This document shows, one piece after another, positions 35,276-45,672 of a stretch of 64,000 nt of DNA. How positions within the stretch are numbered: position 1 is the stretch's first letter; the number at the start of each line of letters is the position of its first letter. The stretch lies in IMG/VR virus record IMGVR_UViG_3300034418_007369, positions 1 to 64,000 of that record; one strand, 5' to 3'. A program made the translations under genes and the position numbers. The DNA comes from a virus. The notes under the pieces are model-generated. The model saw nothing but the letters and a program-made list of their open reading frames with translations. It made no database searches and had not been told where the DNA came from.

Positions 35276-36254
35276 CGCGCTAAAAGATTCTATTCCAGAA
35301 GTGCTTGAAAGACTTGATATTGAGTATATAGAATACAGCAATAGATACGCTTTTCCTTGTCCTATTCACGGCGGCGACAATCCAGAAGGATGTTGTGTCT
35401 TTCTAGATGGTGATGACGTTGTGGGAAACTGGAAATGCTGGACAGCCGGGTGTGACGACGACTATGCGAGAAACATATTTGGATTTATTAGAGGCTGTTT
35501 AACCACCAAGAAGGGATCAGAAGCGACTCTTTCAGAAACATATAAATTTTGTGAGTCTATAGCAAAAGCAGAAGAAAGAGAAGAAATAGACATCAATCCT
35601 GCTAAAGAAGCTAAAATGATTGATATTTTTTTGAAGCAGTCTGTCGCGACAATACCAACAATCTCAAGACAGGATGTTCGATCTAAAATACAAATACCAT
35701 CACAATATTATATGGACAGAGGATACTCAGAGGAAGTTCTTGACTTGTTTGATGTTGGTACATGTTTAGATAGCAATAGGCCAATGTGTAATCGGGCCGT
35801 TGTTCCTATCTATGATGTAAACGATTGTTATGTTGGATGTGTTGGTAGATCAATCTATGATAACATGCAACCAAAATGGCTACACAGTAAAGGTTTTAAA
35901 AAAGAACATCTTTATGGGTTAAATATCGCAAAAGACCATATAATAAGAAGTAGAACCGTTTTCTTGCTAGAAGGTCAGGGCGATGTTTGGAGAATGCACG
36001 AGGCCGGATATAGCAACTCTGTTAGTATATTCGGCGCGTCCATAACAGATGAACAGCTGATATTGCTTGAAGAGATAGGAGTCATGAATGTAATAATATT
36101 AACAGACTATGATGAGGCCGGAAACAAGGCGGCCACTCAAATCATGAAAAAATGTGGAAGAAGATTTAATTATTTACGGCCAACTCTTGACGCTAAAGAT
36201 GTTGGCGATTTATCCGTTGAACAATTGCAAGAACAATTAAAGGCTATCTTATGA
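35235..36254 (+). CDS. dnaG: DNA primase (CHC2 zinc finger plus Toprim)
   Basis: CPIH..WKCWT..C, LEGQGD and DYDEAG..KDVGD. Confidence 0.88.
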   Translation: MKTLTPNQISAACDALKDSIPEVLERLDIEYIEYSNRYAFPCPIHGGDNPEGCCVFLDGDDVVGNWKCWTAGCDDDYARNIFGFIRGCLTTKKGSEATLSETYKFCESIAKAEEREEIDINPAKEAKMIDIFLKQSVATIPTISRQDVRSKIQIPSQYYMDRGYSEEVLDLFDVGTCLDSNRPMCNRAVVPIYDVNDCYVGCVGRSIYDNMQPKWLHSKGFKKEHLYGLNIAKDHIIRSRTVFLLEGQGDVWRMHEAGYSNSVSIFGASITDEQLILLEEIGVMNVIILTDYDEAGNKAATQIMKKCGRRFNYLRPTLDAKDVGDLSVEQLQEQLKAIL

Positions 36255-37063
36255 CTAAAATATTAGCGTTTTCTGGAAAGAAACAATCTGGCAAAAGCAC
36301 ATCTTCAAACTTTATTCATGGCTATCAACTAAGAGCCTTTAGAGTTATAGAAAACTTCGCCCTAAATGAAAAAGGCGACCTCTTAATAAGAACAGGAGAA
36401 TCAAATGACTCTTACGGGATGCTGGATGTTAACAGGTTCGATGCGCAATTTGCCGAGTGGGCTGGATATAATATGTGGCCCTATATTAAAAAATACTCAC
36501 TAGCCACGCCACTGAAGCTAATGGCTGTAGAGCTGTTTGGCCTAAGTGACGAGCAGGTGTTTGGCACAGACGTTCAAAAAAATACAAAGACTCACATAAA
36601 GTGGGAAAACATGCCAATTTCAATAGCACAAAGAAAAAAGCTAAACAAGTACGGCAGAATGACAGCTAGAGAATTTCTACAGTTTTTTGGAACAGAAATT
36701 TGCAGAAAGATTCATAATGATGTTTGGGTCGAGCGTCTTGTTAAAGATATTGAGATGGAATCTTCTTTGCTTGCGGTCGTTGATGATGTTAGATTTCAAA
36801 ATGAAGTAGAGCTTATTCAGAAAGCGGGCGGCAGGGTTATAAGACTAACAAGACAGCCACATGAAGATAATCACTCTAGCGAAACAGAGCTAGATAATTA
36901 TGAAGATTTTGATGCGGTTATTGACAATACAGACCTAAGCATTACCGAAACAAATAAACAAATTATTGATTTGTTAGAAAAATGGGGATGGCTAGGAGAA
37001 GAAGTTTTACTACAGAGCGAAGAACAGGAGAGATTAACAGGTATTCAAGCAATAAGGAGCTAG
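36251..37063 (+). CDS. Deoxynucleoside monophosphate kinase
   Basis: GKKQSGKST, REFLQFFGTE, DDVRF.NE and H.SE. Confidence 0.85.
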   Translation: MTKILAFSGKKQSGKSTSSNFIHGYQLRAFRVIENFALNEKGDLLIRTGESNDSYGMLDVNRFDAQFAEWAGYNMWPYIKKYSLATPLKLMAVELFGLSDEQVFGTDVQKNTKTHIKWENMPISIAQRKKLNKYGRMTAREFLQFFGTEICRKIHNDVWVERLVKDIEMESSLLAVVDDVRFQNEVELIQKAGGRVIRLTRQPHEDNHSSETELDNYEDFDAVIDNTDLSITETNKQIIDLLEKWGWLGEEVLLQSEEQERLTGIQAIRS

Positions 37064-37064
37064 G

Positions 37065-38087
37065 ATGATAGTAACGTATATTAGGTCGTCTAGCTATGGC
37101 AACTATGAATTTTGTCAGATGCAGTATTTTATGACATATGTCTTAGGTCATAGATCGGCTTCTGGAAAAAAGGCGCAACAGGGTACAGCCTGTCATAAGG
37201 TCATGGAATGCTTAGCGGCATGTAAAAAAGAACTACAAGAAAAGCCAGAAGAAAAAAATCTATCTATTACAGATGATGCTATTGGCGAAGTAGAATTTAC
37301 ACCCAAAAAGCTCTACACTAAAAAATTTGTAAAAGATTTAATGGATAGAAGTTATGAGTATTATACCTCTATGGATGACCATAAGTACTATCCGGCAGAT
37401 TTTAGATTTTGTGAACAGCAAGTTGAAACGGCACTTACTTACAATGATGGTCAGTTCGACCCTAGAAATAGAACCATTGTAGACACAGAGCCTACTTTCG
37501 ATATTCCTATTGAAGAAGATTGGGCTAAGTTTGAATATGAAATGCCAGATGGAACCAAACTAAATGGACAGCTCGCTATCAAAGGAACTATTGACTTAGT
37601 TACACAAATTGATGACGGCGTTATAGAGGTCATAGACTGGAAAACAGGACAAAGAAAGAACTGGGCGACCGGAGAAGAAAAAACTTACGAAAAACTTCTT
37701 GAAGATCCTCAACTTCTATTGTATAACTATGCGATATCTAAATTATATCCAGACTATGAACAGGCTATTATGTCTATCTTCTTCACAAGAGACGGCGGCC
37801 CTTTTAGCATGTGTTTTGATGCGTCAGATCAAGACAGGTTTTTGGGTATGCTAAAAGCCAGATACGAAGAAATAAAACAAAATATTAAACCAAAGCCAAT
37901 TAAACAAAACAGAATGGATTTTAGATGTCAAAAACTATGTCATTTTTATAAGAATAATTGGCCCGGAACAAATACTACAATGTGTCAGCATGTCGAGGGC
38001 AGGCTGCACACGATTGGCTATAAAGAGACCCTCAAAGAGTGTACTAAGGAAGGATTTAACATAGGATATTATGAGGCTCCGGGATAA
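37065..38087 (+). CDS. Cas4/RecB-like PD-(D/E)XK exonuclease
   Basis: C..QY, GT.CH, GTIDL..IDWKTG, QL..Y and C-terminal C..LC..C Fe-S ligands. Confidence 0.82.
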   Translation: MIVTYIRSSSYGNYEFCQMQYFMTYVLGHRSASGKKAQQGTACHKVMECLAACKKELQEKPEEKNLSITDDAIGEVEFTPKKLYTKKFVKDLMDRSYEYYTSMDDHKYYPADFRFCEQQVETALTYNDGQFDPRNRTIVDTEPTFDIPIEEDWAKFEYEMPDGTKLNGQLAIKGTIDLVTQIDDGVIEVIDWKTGQRKNWATGEEKTYEKLLEDPQLLLYNYAISKLYPDYEQAIMSIFFTRDGGPFSMCFDASDQDRFLGMLKARYEEIKQNIKPKPIKQNRMDFRCQKLCHFYKNNWPGTNTTMCQHVEGRLHTIGYKETLKECTKEGFNIGYYEAPG

Positions 38088-38088
38088 T

Positions 38089-38811
38089 ATGAAGGGAATA
38101 ATTTTAGCAGGTGGCACAGGAAGCAGGCTTTACCCGCTTACAAAAGTTACAAACAAGCATCTTTTACCAGTCGGAAAATTTCCAATGATTCACTATCCAA
38201 TAGTGAACATGAAAAACGCTGGCATAACAGACATATTGATTGTTAGCGGAACAGATCATGTGGGAGACATGATAGCTTTTTTAGGCAGCGGAAGCGAATA
38301 TGGTTGCGACTTTACCTTTAAGGTTCAGGATCAGCCAGATGGAATCGCCGGAGCTTTAAAACTGTGCAAGTCTTTTGTTGGGAGTGATAATTTTTTGGTT
38401 GTCTTGGGGGATAATATTTTTGAAATTGACATTAAGCATCACATAGATTCATTTAACACATCTGCAAAGTTTTTCTTTAAACGCATGGAAAATCCTAATA
38501 GGTTTGGTGTTGCTGTTCTAAATGACGATTTTGAATTATTAGAAATAGAAGAAAAGCCAAGCAATCCCAAGAGTGATTTAGCCTGTATGGGCATATATAT
38601 GTATACAAGCGAACTTTTTAATTATGTGGACGATCTTAAAAAATCAGAGAGAATGGAGTACGAAGTTTCCGATTTAAATAATCTCATGATAAAAAACCAT
38701 AAGACGAGTTACGTTATCATGGATGAATTTTGCATGGACGCAGGCACTATGGACTCCTATCACTATACAAATAAAATTTTAATAGAAAATGATAAACGAC
38801 CAAGGGGGTAG
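38089..38811 (+). CDS. rmlA: Glucose-1-phosphate thymidylyltransferase (RmlA/SpsI-like)
   Basis: GIILAGGTGSRLYPLT..NKHLLP, Q..P.GIA, LGDN, EEKP and DAGT. Confidence 0.88.
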   Translation: MKGIILAGGTGSRLYPLTKVTNKHLLPVGKFPMIHYPIVNMKNAGITDILIVSGTDHVGDMIAFLGSGSEYGCDFTFKVQDQPDGIAGALKLCKSFVGSDNFLVVLGDNIFEIDIKHHIDSFNTSAKFFFKRMENPNRFGVAVLNDDFELLEIEEKPSNPKSDLACMGIYMYTSELFNYVDDLKKSERMEYEVSDLNNLMIKNHKTSYVIMDEFCMDAGTMDSYHYTNKILIENDKRPRG

Positions 38812-38813
38812 CC

Positions 38814-39695
38814 GTGTCGCAGTTGATAGACCTAAAAAAAGACTTTGATTTGGGGAATAAATTTTTACTAGACGTAGCGTCAGAGCTATCTAACACTCTA
38901 GATGATAGTTATAGGGTTGTTATTAAGTATGATCTACAAGATTACAATATTCCAAAAGACGACAAGAAAAATATACTTTTTGCGCTGTCTAGAGAAACAC
39001 ATGAACTACCAAGATACACAGAAGACGAAAGGATTTTTCTTACGTTTCATAACTATGCTCCTTTAGACGCTTGGGGACATCCGATAAATCATCCGAAAGT
39101 TGTGCCGCTGCCGCTTGGATTCTTTATAAATGATATGACCTCCAAGGTTGAAGAAATAAAGCCTCACGAAGATAGAGAATATGACTTCTGTTTCGTTGGA
39201 CAGATACCGCATACCGGAACAAGAGATAAGTTTAAAAGATGTTTAGACAATATGCTAGAGCGCATAGGAAATAAATACAAATACTACGTCAAATATACTG
39301 AGTCTTTTGGTTGCGGCTTAGATCATCAAGAATATATTGACTTATTAAACAACTCAAAAATTTGCCTATGTCCGACTGGGGCATATAGTGATGAGTCTTT
39401 TAGATTTTTTGAATCTATAGCTATGGGGGCGTTCCCTATGGTTGAAATGCTGCCAAGGTTTTGGTATTATGAACAGGCACCAATGTTTTTCGCTAAATGG
39501 CAATTCTTAGATAGCTTTCTAGAAAATTCTTTAAATTTTTTACGATCTGAAAATAAAAGAGTTGCACTTGAACAAATTGTAAACTACAATAATACAATAT
39601 TGAATACTGTCACCCTTTCTGGATTTTTGAAAAAGATAATTGATGAACAGCAAATACATACCAATAAATTGCAAGACCCACTTCAGTCTCCTTAA
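38814..39695 (+). CDS. Exostosin/GT47-like glycosyltransferase
   Basis: FVGQ and Y..LL.NSKICLCP.G...ESFRFFE....G. Confidence 0.7.
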   Translation: MSQLIDLKKDFDLGNKFLLDVASELSNTLDDSYRVVIKYDLQDYNIPKDDKKNILFALSRETHELPRYTEDERIFLTFHNYAPLDAWGHPINHPKVVPLPLGFFINDMTSKVEEIKPHEDREYDFCFVGQIPHTGTRDKFKRCLDNMLERIGNKYKYYVKYTESFGCGLDHQEYIDLLNNSKICLCPTGAYSDESFRFFESIAMGAFPMVEMLPRFWYYEQAPMFFAKWQFLDSFLENSLNFLRSENKRVALEQIVNYNNTILNTVTLSGFLKKIIDEQQIHTNKLQDPLQSP

Positions 39696-41235
39696 AGGAT
39701 TCTCTAATCCCGATAGACTAGCGAAACTGTGCGCTTCATATAACTATGGGGCGTGCGTTCTTGCTGATGTCAACACTCTTTCTGGCGCCGTGAACTTTCA
39801 TCAGGCGTGTACGAAGAATGGCGTCAAGCCAATACTAGGACTAGACACAGAGCAATTCCTCCTAATTGCAAAGAATAAAGCTGGATGGCTAGACCTTATT
39901 AAATATTCTTCAGAAGAACAAGATATTGACACTCTGAAAAGAATAGCTGATAATGGCAACATTTTGTTTATAACAACAGAAGATAGTCCAGCCCAAAAGA
40001 AAATGTGGGGAAAGAATTATTTTTGTTATGATTATATTTCTGATGCGGTGTATTATTGCACCAAAGAAGAAGCAGAGCTACATAGAATCATTCTGTGTTC
40101 TGGGATGAAAACCAGCATTCCGAAAGTTACGGCAAAGCTGCAAAAGGGAGAAGATTTTGAAAACAAACACTTCTTTACAAGTGAAGATTATTGCTTAAAG
40201 CCGACAAGCAGAGTCACAGGTAATAAAAAATTATTTGACGCACTCGCTTCGTGCGAAGAGTATGAAATCACCGGAAAGCCAATGCTGCCAGAGTTTGATG
40301 TGCCTGAAGGGTTTGATAGTGATGAGTATCTTAAAGAGCTTTGTCGGCATGGTTGGAAATCTAAACTCGCCCCCGCTGGCAAAGTGTCCGACCCAAAACA
40401 GAAAGAAATCTATCTGCAAAGAGTAAAGACTGAGCTTGAAGTTATCTTTAAGGCTAATCTTAGTGGTTATTTTTTGATCGTGCAAGATATTGTCAATTAT
40501 GTTAAAAATCGTGGCTGGATCGCTGGTCCCGGTCGAGGATCTGCTGCCGGGTGTTTGATCTCTTATTTAGTTGGAATCACAGAAGTTGATCCAATTGAAT
40601 TTGACTTACTCTTTGAGAGATTTTATAACGAGGGACGGAATACGGAAGATCACGTCTCGCTTCCAGATGTTGATATGGATGTTCCCGCAGAACATCGAGA
40701 CGAAGTAATTGACTACATTAAAGAAAAGTATGGAATTGATAAGGTCTCCCAGATGGTAACATTTGGTAAACTACAAGGTCGCGCGGCGATCAAAGAAGTT
40801 TTAAGAATCAATGATGCTGTATCTTTTTCTGAAATGAACGCTATTACAGATAGTATTCCAGATGAAGCTAAAATTTCTGACCAGCTAGAACTCATGGAAG
40901 ATAAGTCTATTATCAGATGGGCGCTAGAAAACGAATCAGAAGCGCTAAAGAGCTGGTGCTATTATGATGAAGAAGGAAACTTAGAAGGACCGCTATCAAG
41001 ATATTTTGAACAAGCTATTAAAATTGAAGGAACAAATAAATCTCAGGGCAAACATGCTGCCGGTGTAATTATATCTAAACATCCACTAGCAGAGGTTTGT
41101 CCAATGGTTAAAGACAAGAATGGTAAAATGATTGCCGCGCTTGAGATGAATGACCTAGAGGCTATGGGTCATGTTAAGTTTGATGTTCTTGGAATTGACT
41201 TGTTAAGTAAAATTATGGAAATATGTGAGGATTAA
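39643..41235 (+). CDS. dnaE: DNA polymerase III alpha, N-terminal half (degenerate PHP, palm, thumb)
   Basis: THFSLL, YFLIV.D, GPGRGSAAG, LLFERF, PDVDMD, HAAGVII and KFDVLG, then a stop. Confidence 0.92.
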   Translation: MNSKYIPINCKTHFSLLKGFSNPDRLAKLCASYNYGACVLADVNTLSGAVNFHQACTKNGVKPILGLDTEQFLLIAKNKAGWLDLIKYSSEEQDIDTLKRIADNGNILFITTEDSPAQKKMWGKNYFCYDYISDAVYYCTKEEAELHRIILCSGMKTSIPKVTAKLQKGEDFENKHFFTSEDYCLKPTSRVTGNKKLFDALASCEEYEITGKPMLPEFDVPEGFDSDEYLKELCRHGWKSKLAPAGKVSDPKQKEIYLQRVKTELEVIFKANLSGYFLIVQDIVNYVKNRGWIAGPGRGSAAGCLISYLVGITEVDPIEFDLLFERFYNEGRNTEDHVSLPDVDMDVPAEHRDEVIDYIKEKYGIDKVSQMVTFGKLQGRAAIKEVLRINDAVSFSEMNAITDSIPDEAKISDQLELMEDKSIIRWALENESEALKSWCYYDEEGNLEGPLSRYFEQAIKIEGTNKSQGKHAAGVIISKHPLAEVCPMVKDKNGKMIAALEMNDLEAMGHVKFDVLGIDLLSKIMEICED

Positions 41236-41451
41236 ATGAATGCTACAAAAGAAGAATATATGTCTGTGATTTTTTCTGGTTGCAGTATTGACTATAAAGA
41301 TATTACATTTTGTAATTTGGCTAATCACTATAGAAGATTGGCAAGATCAAATGAATATCAAGTATGGTCAGACAGACAAAACGAATATCACCTATTTAAA
41401 AATATCGAAGATGCTGTTGATAAGTTTATTGAACTAAAGAAAAGGAAGTAA
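41236..41451 (+). CDS. Small hypothetical protein inside the split dnaE locus
   Basis: GAGGA RBS, 71 aa. Confidence 0.65.
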   Translation: MNATKEEYMSVIFSGCSIDYKDITFCNLANHYRRLARSNEYQVWSDRQNEYHLFKNIEDAVDKFIELKKRK

Positions 41452-41452
41452 C

Positions 41453-42148
41453 ATGGCGAACTATAGAGATATTATTGTTTTTGACTTTGAGACCGGCGGC
41501 GCTAATCCATATACGTGTCAGCCAACTCAAATCGCGGCTGTGGCTATCCACGCTAGAAAGCTAGAGCTACAGCCCGGAGGCGTGTTTAACAGCGAGATTC
41601 GCCCTATTATCGACGACGATGAGGCCATTAAAGCGGGAGTCGGCCCGTTGGAGGAAGAGGCTCTGCGGGTAACGCGCAAAAACCGTGACGACCTAGCAAA
41701 AGCACCTTTGCCCAAAACAGTATGGAAAAAGTTTGCTCAGTTTTGCGACAAATATAATTTTAAGAAAACTAATTATTATGCACCTATCGCTGCTGGCTAT
41801 AATATCAATGGCTTTGATATGCCTATTGTGGAGAGAATGTGTCAACAATATGGTCCAACTCATGCAAAGAATGGCAGGCAGGGAATCTTTAACCCTATTT
41901 TTACCATTGATGTAATGCAACATATTTACTGCTGGTTTGAAAACAATACAGAAGTAAAGGGATATGGTATGGATTACTTGCGCGACTATTTTGGAATGAG
42001 TCAGGCTAGTAAGGATAATGCTCACGATGCGTTGCAAGACGTTAAGGATACCGCTAATATCATGATTAAGTTCATGAAATTGCAAAGAACATTGCTACAT
42101 AAAGTTAAATTTGAAAAAACATTTGCGAACGGGGATATTTATGTCTAA
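41453..42148 (+). CDS. DEDDh 3'-5' exonuclease (DnaQ/epsilon-like)
   Basis: FDFETG, GYN..FD and HDALQD. Confidence 0.88.
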   Translation: MANYRDIIVFDFETGGANPYTCQPTQIAAVAIHARKLELQPGGVFNSEIRPIIDDDEAIKAGVGPLEEEALRVTRKNRDDLAKAPLPKTVWKKFAQFCDKYNFKKTNYYAPIAAGYNINGFDMPIVERMCQQYGPTHAKNGRQGIFNPIFTIDVMQHIYCWFENNTEVKGYGMDYLRDYFGMSQASKDNAHDALQDVKDTANIMIKFMKLQRTLLHKVKFEKTFANGDIYV

Positions 42149-43682
42149 ATTTGACATTAATAATTTTGAAGATGAAGAAGTTTGGGATTTGATTTGCGAA
42201 GGACGCACAAAGGGCGTTTTTCAACTTGAGTCTAGCCTTGGTAAGCATTGGGCTAAAGAAGTCAAACCCAGAAGCATCAGTGAATTAGCGGCTCTTATTT
42301 CGTTGATTCGTCCCGGCTGTTTGAAGGCTTACACAGATGGTAAATCCATGACACAGCACTATGCGGATAGAAAAAAGGGAACTGATGCTGTTGATTACCC
42401 AGATGATTCTTTGGAGCCTATTCTAAAAGGAACCTATGGTGTTTTGGTATACCAAGAGCAAAGCATGAAAATCGCCCAGCAACTAGCTGGGTTTGACCTT
42501 AAAGAAGCTGATTCGCTTCGTAAGGCTATTGGTAAAAAGAAAGCTGAACTCATGGAAGAAATGAAACAGGTCTTTATGGATGGCGCCGAAAAGCAGGGGA
42601 TTATCAAGAAGGAAGTGGCGGGAGAGATTTTTTCATGGATCGAGAAGTCTAACCGCTACGCCTTCAACAAAAGTCACGCTGTTTCATATGCTATTGATGC
42701 ATACTGGAGCGCGTACTGTAAATGTCATAGATTAGAGAGGTTTTACGTGAGTTACATGAATCGCTCTGACCGTAAGCCAAAGCCTGAGATTGAGCTAAAA
42801 CAGCTTATCATGGATGCTAAGATGCATGGGCTAGACACCTATCCGCCAAGGCTTAATCACATGCACACAAATTTTCTACATGAGAATGGTAAAATTTATT
42901 TTGGTATGAGGCACATTAAAAATGTAGGCACGAAAGAGTGTGATAAAATTGAAGAATTAAAACAAACAGAAGATTTGTCTTTGTTTACTTGGATGGATTG
43001 TCTTATCAAGATTGTTCACCGTACCAAGATCAACAAGCGAGCGGCAATTGCTATGATTTCTGTTGGTGCGTTTAATGGCAAGAACAATAGAGAGTCTCGC
43101 CAGAAAATGCTGTATGAATATGATAGCTGGAATAATCTTTCTGCAAGAGAAAAAGATGCCATCGCTGATAATTACAAAAGTAATTTAACTTTGGCTCAGT
43201 GTGTAGACCTGCTATCAGACTGGGTTAAGATTAATTCTAGAAGGGCGCAAGCGATAGAGGACATCAAGCAGTCTCTCATTTCGCCATTCTATAGCCTAGA
43301 TGACGATCCCGCCTCTATTGCAGATTATGAAATTAAATTAATGGGGTGTGCCTTGACATGCAGTAAGGCAGATTCTATAAATATTTCTACAAATATGTGC
43401 AAAGATGTGACACAGGGTACTATAAGAGGTAAGGTAAATCTTTCTGTGATGATTAATTCTATCCGTACCTATAAAACTAAAAAGGGAAAGAATCCCGGCC
43501 AAGAGATGGCTTTTTTGTGTATTGAAGACGCGAGCGGCGAACTGGATTCCGTTACAATTTTTCCAGAAGCATTTATAAAATATAAAGATTTATTGATAGA
43601 AAGAAACACTGTCTTCATAGATGGTGAGGTTTCTAAGAGGGATAAAAATTCCATCGTTGTTAATAAAGTTATACAAGTTTGA
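42141..43682 (+). CDS. dnaE: DNA polymerase III alpha, C-terminal half (fingers, HhH, OB)
   Basis: GVFQLES, LIRPG, TYGVLVYQEQ, LRKAIGKKK, YAFNKSHA and MAF..IED.SG. Confidence 0.92.
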   Translation: MSKFDINNFEDEEVWDLICEGRTKGVFQLESSLGKHWAKEVKPRSISELAALISLIRPGCLKAYTDGKSMTQHYADRKKGTDAVDYPDDSLEPILKGTYGVLVYQEQSMKIAQQLAGFDLKEADSLRKAIGKKKAELMEEMKQVFMDGAEKQGIIKKEVAGEIFSWIEKSNRYAFNKSHAVSYAIDAYWSAYCKCHRLERFYVSYMNRSDRKPKPEIELKQLIMDAKMHGLDTYPPRLNHMHTNFLHENGKIYFGMRHIKNVGTKECDKIEELKQTEDLSLFTWMDCLIKIVHRTKINKRAAIAMISVGAFNGKNNRESRQKMLYEYDSWNNLSAREKDAIADNYKSNLTLAQCVDLLSDWVKINSRRAQAIEDIKQSLISPFYSLDDDPASIADYEIKLMGCALTCSKADSINISTNMCKDVTQGTIRGKVNLSVMINSIRTYKTKKGKNPGQEMAFLCIEDASGELDSVTIFPEAFIKYKDLLIERNTVFIDGEVSKRDKNSIVVNKVIQV

Positions 43683-43693
43683 AAAGGATTATT

Positions 43694-44020
43694 ATGAATA
43701 ATTGCTCTTTTTTAGGCAAGCTCAAAGAGCCTGTCTTTTCTACAGTATCTAATGATGTTGATATGGTTAATTTTGTACTTGAAGTTGAAGAATATAGAAA
43801 AAATAAATCTGGTCAAAAAACAAGACGTGTTGAAAATCTAACATTTGAAGCATGGCACACCGCCGCTATTACCCTGAGAGAAAAATTAAATGTTGGCGAT
43901 CTCGTTCTGGTAGAATGTACAGCCAGAAGCAAAAGAGACGAAGATGATTTTTGCTACTTTAGAGTCAATAGTTTCAAGATTTTTAACAAAGAAAGATACT
44001 CCACGCAATCGGAAGACTAA
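43694..44020 (+). CDS. Second, divergent SSB-like OB-fold protein
   Basis: N.CSFLG.L, FEAW..A and GDLVLVE. Confidence 0.7.
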   Translation: MNNCSFLGKLKEPVFSTVSNDVDMVNFVLEVEEYRKNKSGQKTRRVENLTFEAWHTAAITLREKLNVGDLVLVECTARSKRDEDDFCYFRVNSFKIFNKERYSTQSED

Positions 44021-45672
44021 TGAGAAAAAAGAAGATATTGTTTGTTTCTGAGGCTTCGTGGCTTAGTACCGGATATTCCGTATATACCAAGGAAGTTCTT
44101 AGTAGACTAAATCAGATAGAAGAATTTGAAGTTGCTGAACTAGCCTGCTATACGGACGCAGCAAATCCAAATATAAAAAAAACACCTTGGAAGGTATACG
44201 CCAATAAACCATTACCAGACGATCCAAATCTAAATATTTACAAATCTAACACAATTGCTCAATTTGGTGAATTATCATTTAATAGCGTACTGCTAGACTT
44301 TATGCCAGATATTGTGATGGATATTAGAGACTGGTGGATGCTAGAGTTTGAACAGCGCTCGCCTTTTAGAGACATGTTTCACTGGGCGATTATGCCAACG
44401 GTAGACGCATCGCCACAAAATATGCAATGGATAAATACGTATGACTCTGCGGATTCCGTGTTTGCTTATTCTGAATTTGGAAGAGATACGATGAGTCGTC
44501 AATGCGACACGATAAAGTTTGTTGATGTGGCGTCTCCGGCGGCCAGTAAGGTATTCAGTCCAGTAGATGATAAGCGCCAGCATAAGATTAACATGGGCGT
44601 GTCCCCAGATAGTATTATAGTGGGAACCGTAATGAGGAATCAAAAAAGAAAACTATATCCAGATCTGTTTTCTTCATTTAGAAAATTTTTAGATATTGCA
44701 AATAAAGATAACGTGTTTTTATACGCGCACACCTACTATCCAGATGTTGGATGGGAGATTCCACAGCTAATACAAGAAAACGGTCTTTCTAATCGCGTAC
44801 TGATGACATATAAGTGTAAGAAGTGTGACACTATCAGTGTTGACTTTTTTCAGAATTCTGTTCAGGTATGTAATAAATGTAAGAGTTTGTCTAATCAGCT
44901 TGTTGGCATAGGCAATTCAATAGAAGAAAATAGACTCTCGCAGATTTACAATCTGTTTGATATTTATGTCCAATACGCAAACAGCGAAGGCTTTGGTATG
45001 CCGCAGCTTGAAGCGGCGCACTGCTCTCTTCCTGTTATTTCTACTTATTATTCTGCCATGCAGTCTGTAATAGACAATATTGGTGGAATCGGAATAGAGC
45101 CAATTTCATACTATAAAGAATGTGAAACGGGATGCAACAGGGCGGTTCCAGATAATGAGCTTTTTGTTCAGGCTTTACTAGACCTAATTTCACGCCATGA
45201 AAACGATTCTAATTATTTGGTTGATCTGGGTAGGACCATTATGGAAAAAGCCAAACATCACTATACTTGGGATGCAGCTGCCGACAAGTGGGCTGCTAGA
45301 TTTAAAGAGGTGGAACTAAAAGACCCAAAAGAAACTTGGCTGTCTCCATCAAAAATTAGAGTACCAAAAACTGAACTACCCGCCTCACTTAAAAACGCCA
45401 AAGAAATAACGGATTTTATTTTTAATAGTGTTTTGTGCAAGCCCGAATGGATCGGTAATCATATTTGGAGAAGGATGTTAAGAGATTTGACATTTGGCTA
45501 TAAGTGCGAAAGTTCTAATAAAGAGTTTTACTTTAATGAGTCTCATAACAAATCTCAAAAATCAAGTTTGCCCTTTTCTCCTCAAGATGCACTAAAAGAA
45601 ATGTTAAACTTTAGAAATCAGATGAACTCTTGGGAACAGGCCAGATTAAGAAAAATCGGAGCAATAAAATGA
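44020..45672 (+). CDS. GT4 glycosyltransferase with an inserted zinc ribbon
   Basis: RNQKRK and SEGFGMPQLEA; CKKC..CNKC insert. Confidence 0.85.
   Translation: MRKKKILFVSEASWLSTGYSVYTKEVLSRLNQIEEFEVAELACYTDAANPNIKKTPWKVYANKPLPDDPNLNIYKSNTIAQFGELSFNSVLLDFMPDIVMDIRDWWMLEFEQRSPFRDMFHWAIMPTVDASPQNMQWINTYDSADSVFAYSEFGRDTMSRQCDTIKFVDVASPAASKVFSPVDDKRQHKINMGVSPDSIIVGTVMRNQKRKLYPDLFSSFRKFLDIANKDNVFLYAHTYYPDVGWEIPQLIQENGLSNRVLMTYKCKKCDTISVDFFQNSVQVCNKCKSLSNQLVGIGNSIEENRLSQIYNLFDIYVQYANSEGFGMPQLEAAHCSLPVISTYYSAMQSVIDNIGGIGIEPISYYKECETGCNRAVPDNELFVQALLDLISRHENDSNYLVDLGRTIMEKAKHHYTWDAAADKWAARFKEVELKDPKETWLSPSKIRVPKTELPASLKNAKEITDFIFNSVLCKPEWIGNHIWRRMLRDLTFGYKCESSNKEFYFNESHNKSQKSSLPFSPQDALKEMLNFRNQMNSWEQARLRKIGAIK

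Noticed and set aside
37065-38087. Cas4 as evidence for a CRISPR-Cas system
   Set aside because: A solo Cas4-like nuclease among replication genes is common in phages; no array or other cas genes are present.
41236-42148. Intron or split intein within dnaE
   Set aside because: No intein terminal motifs, and the interval is fully occupied by two ORFs that each have an RBS.
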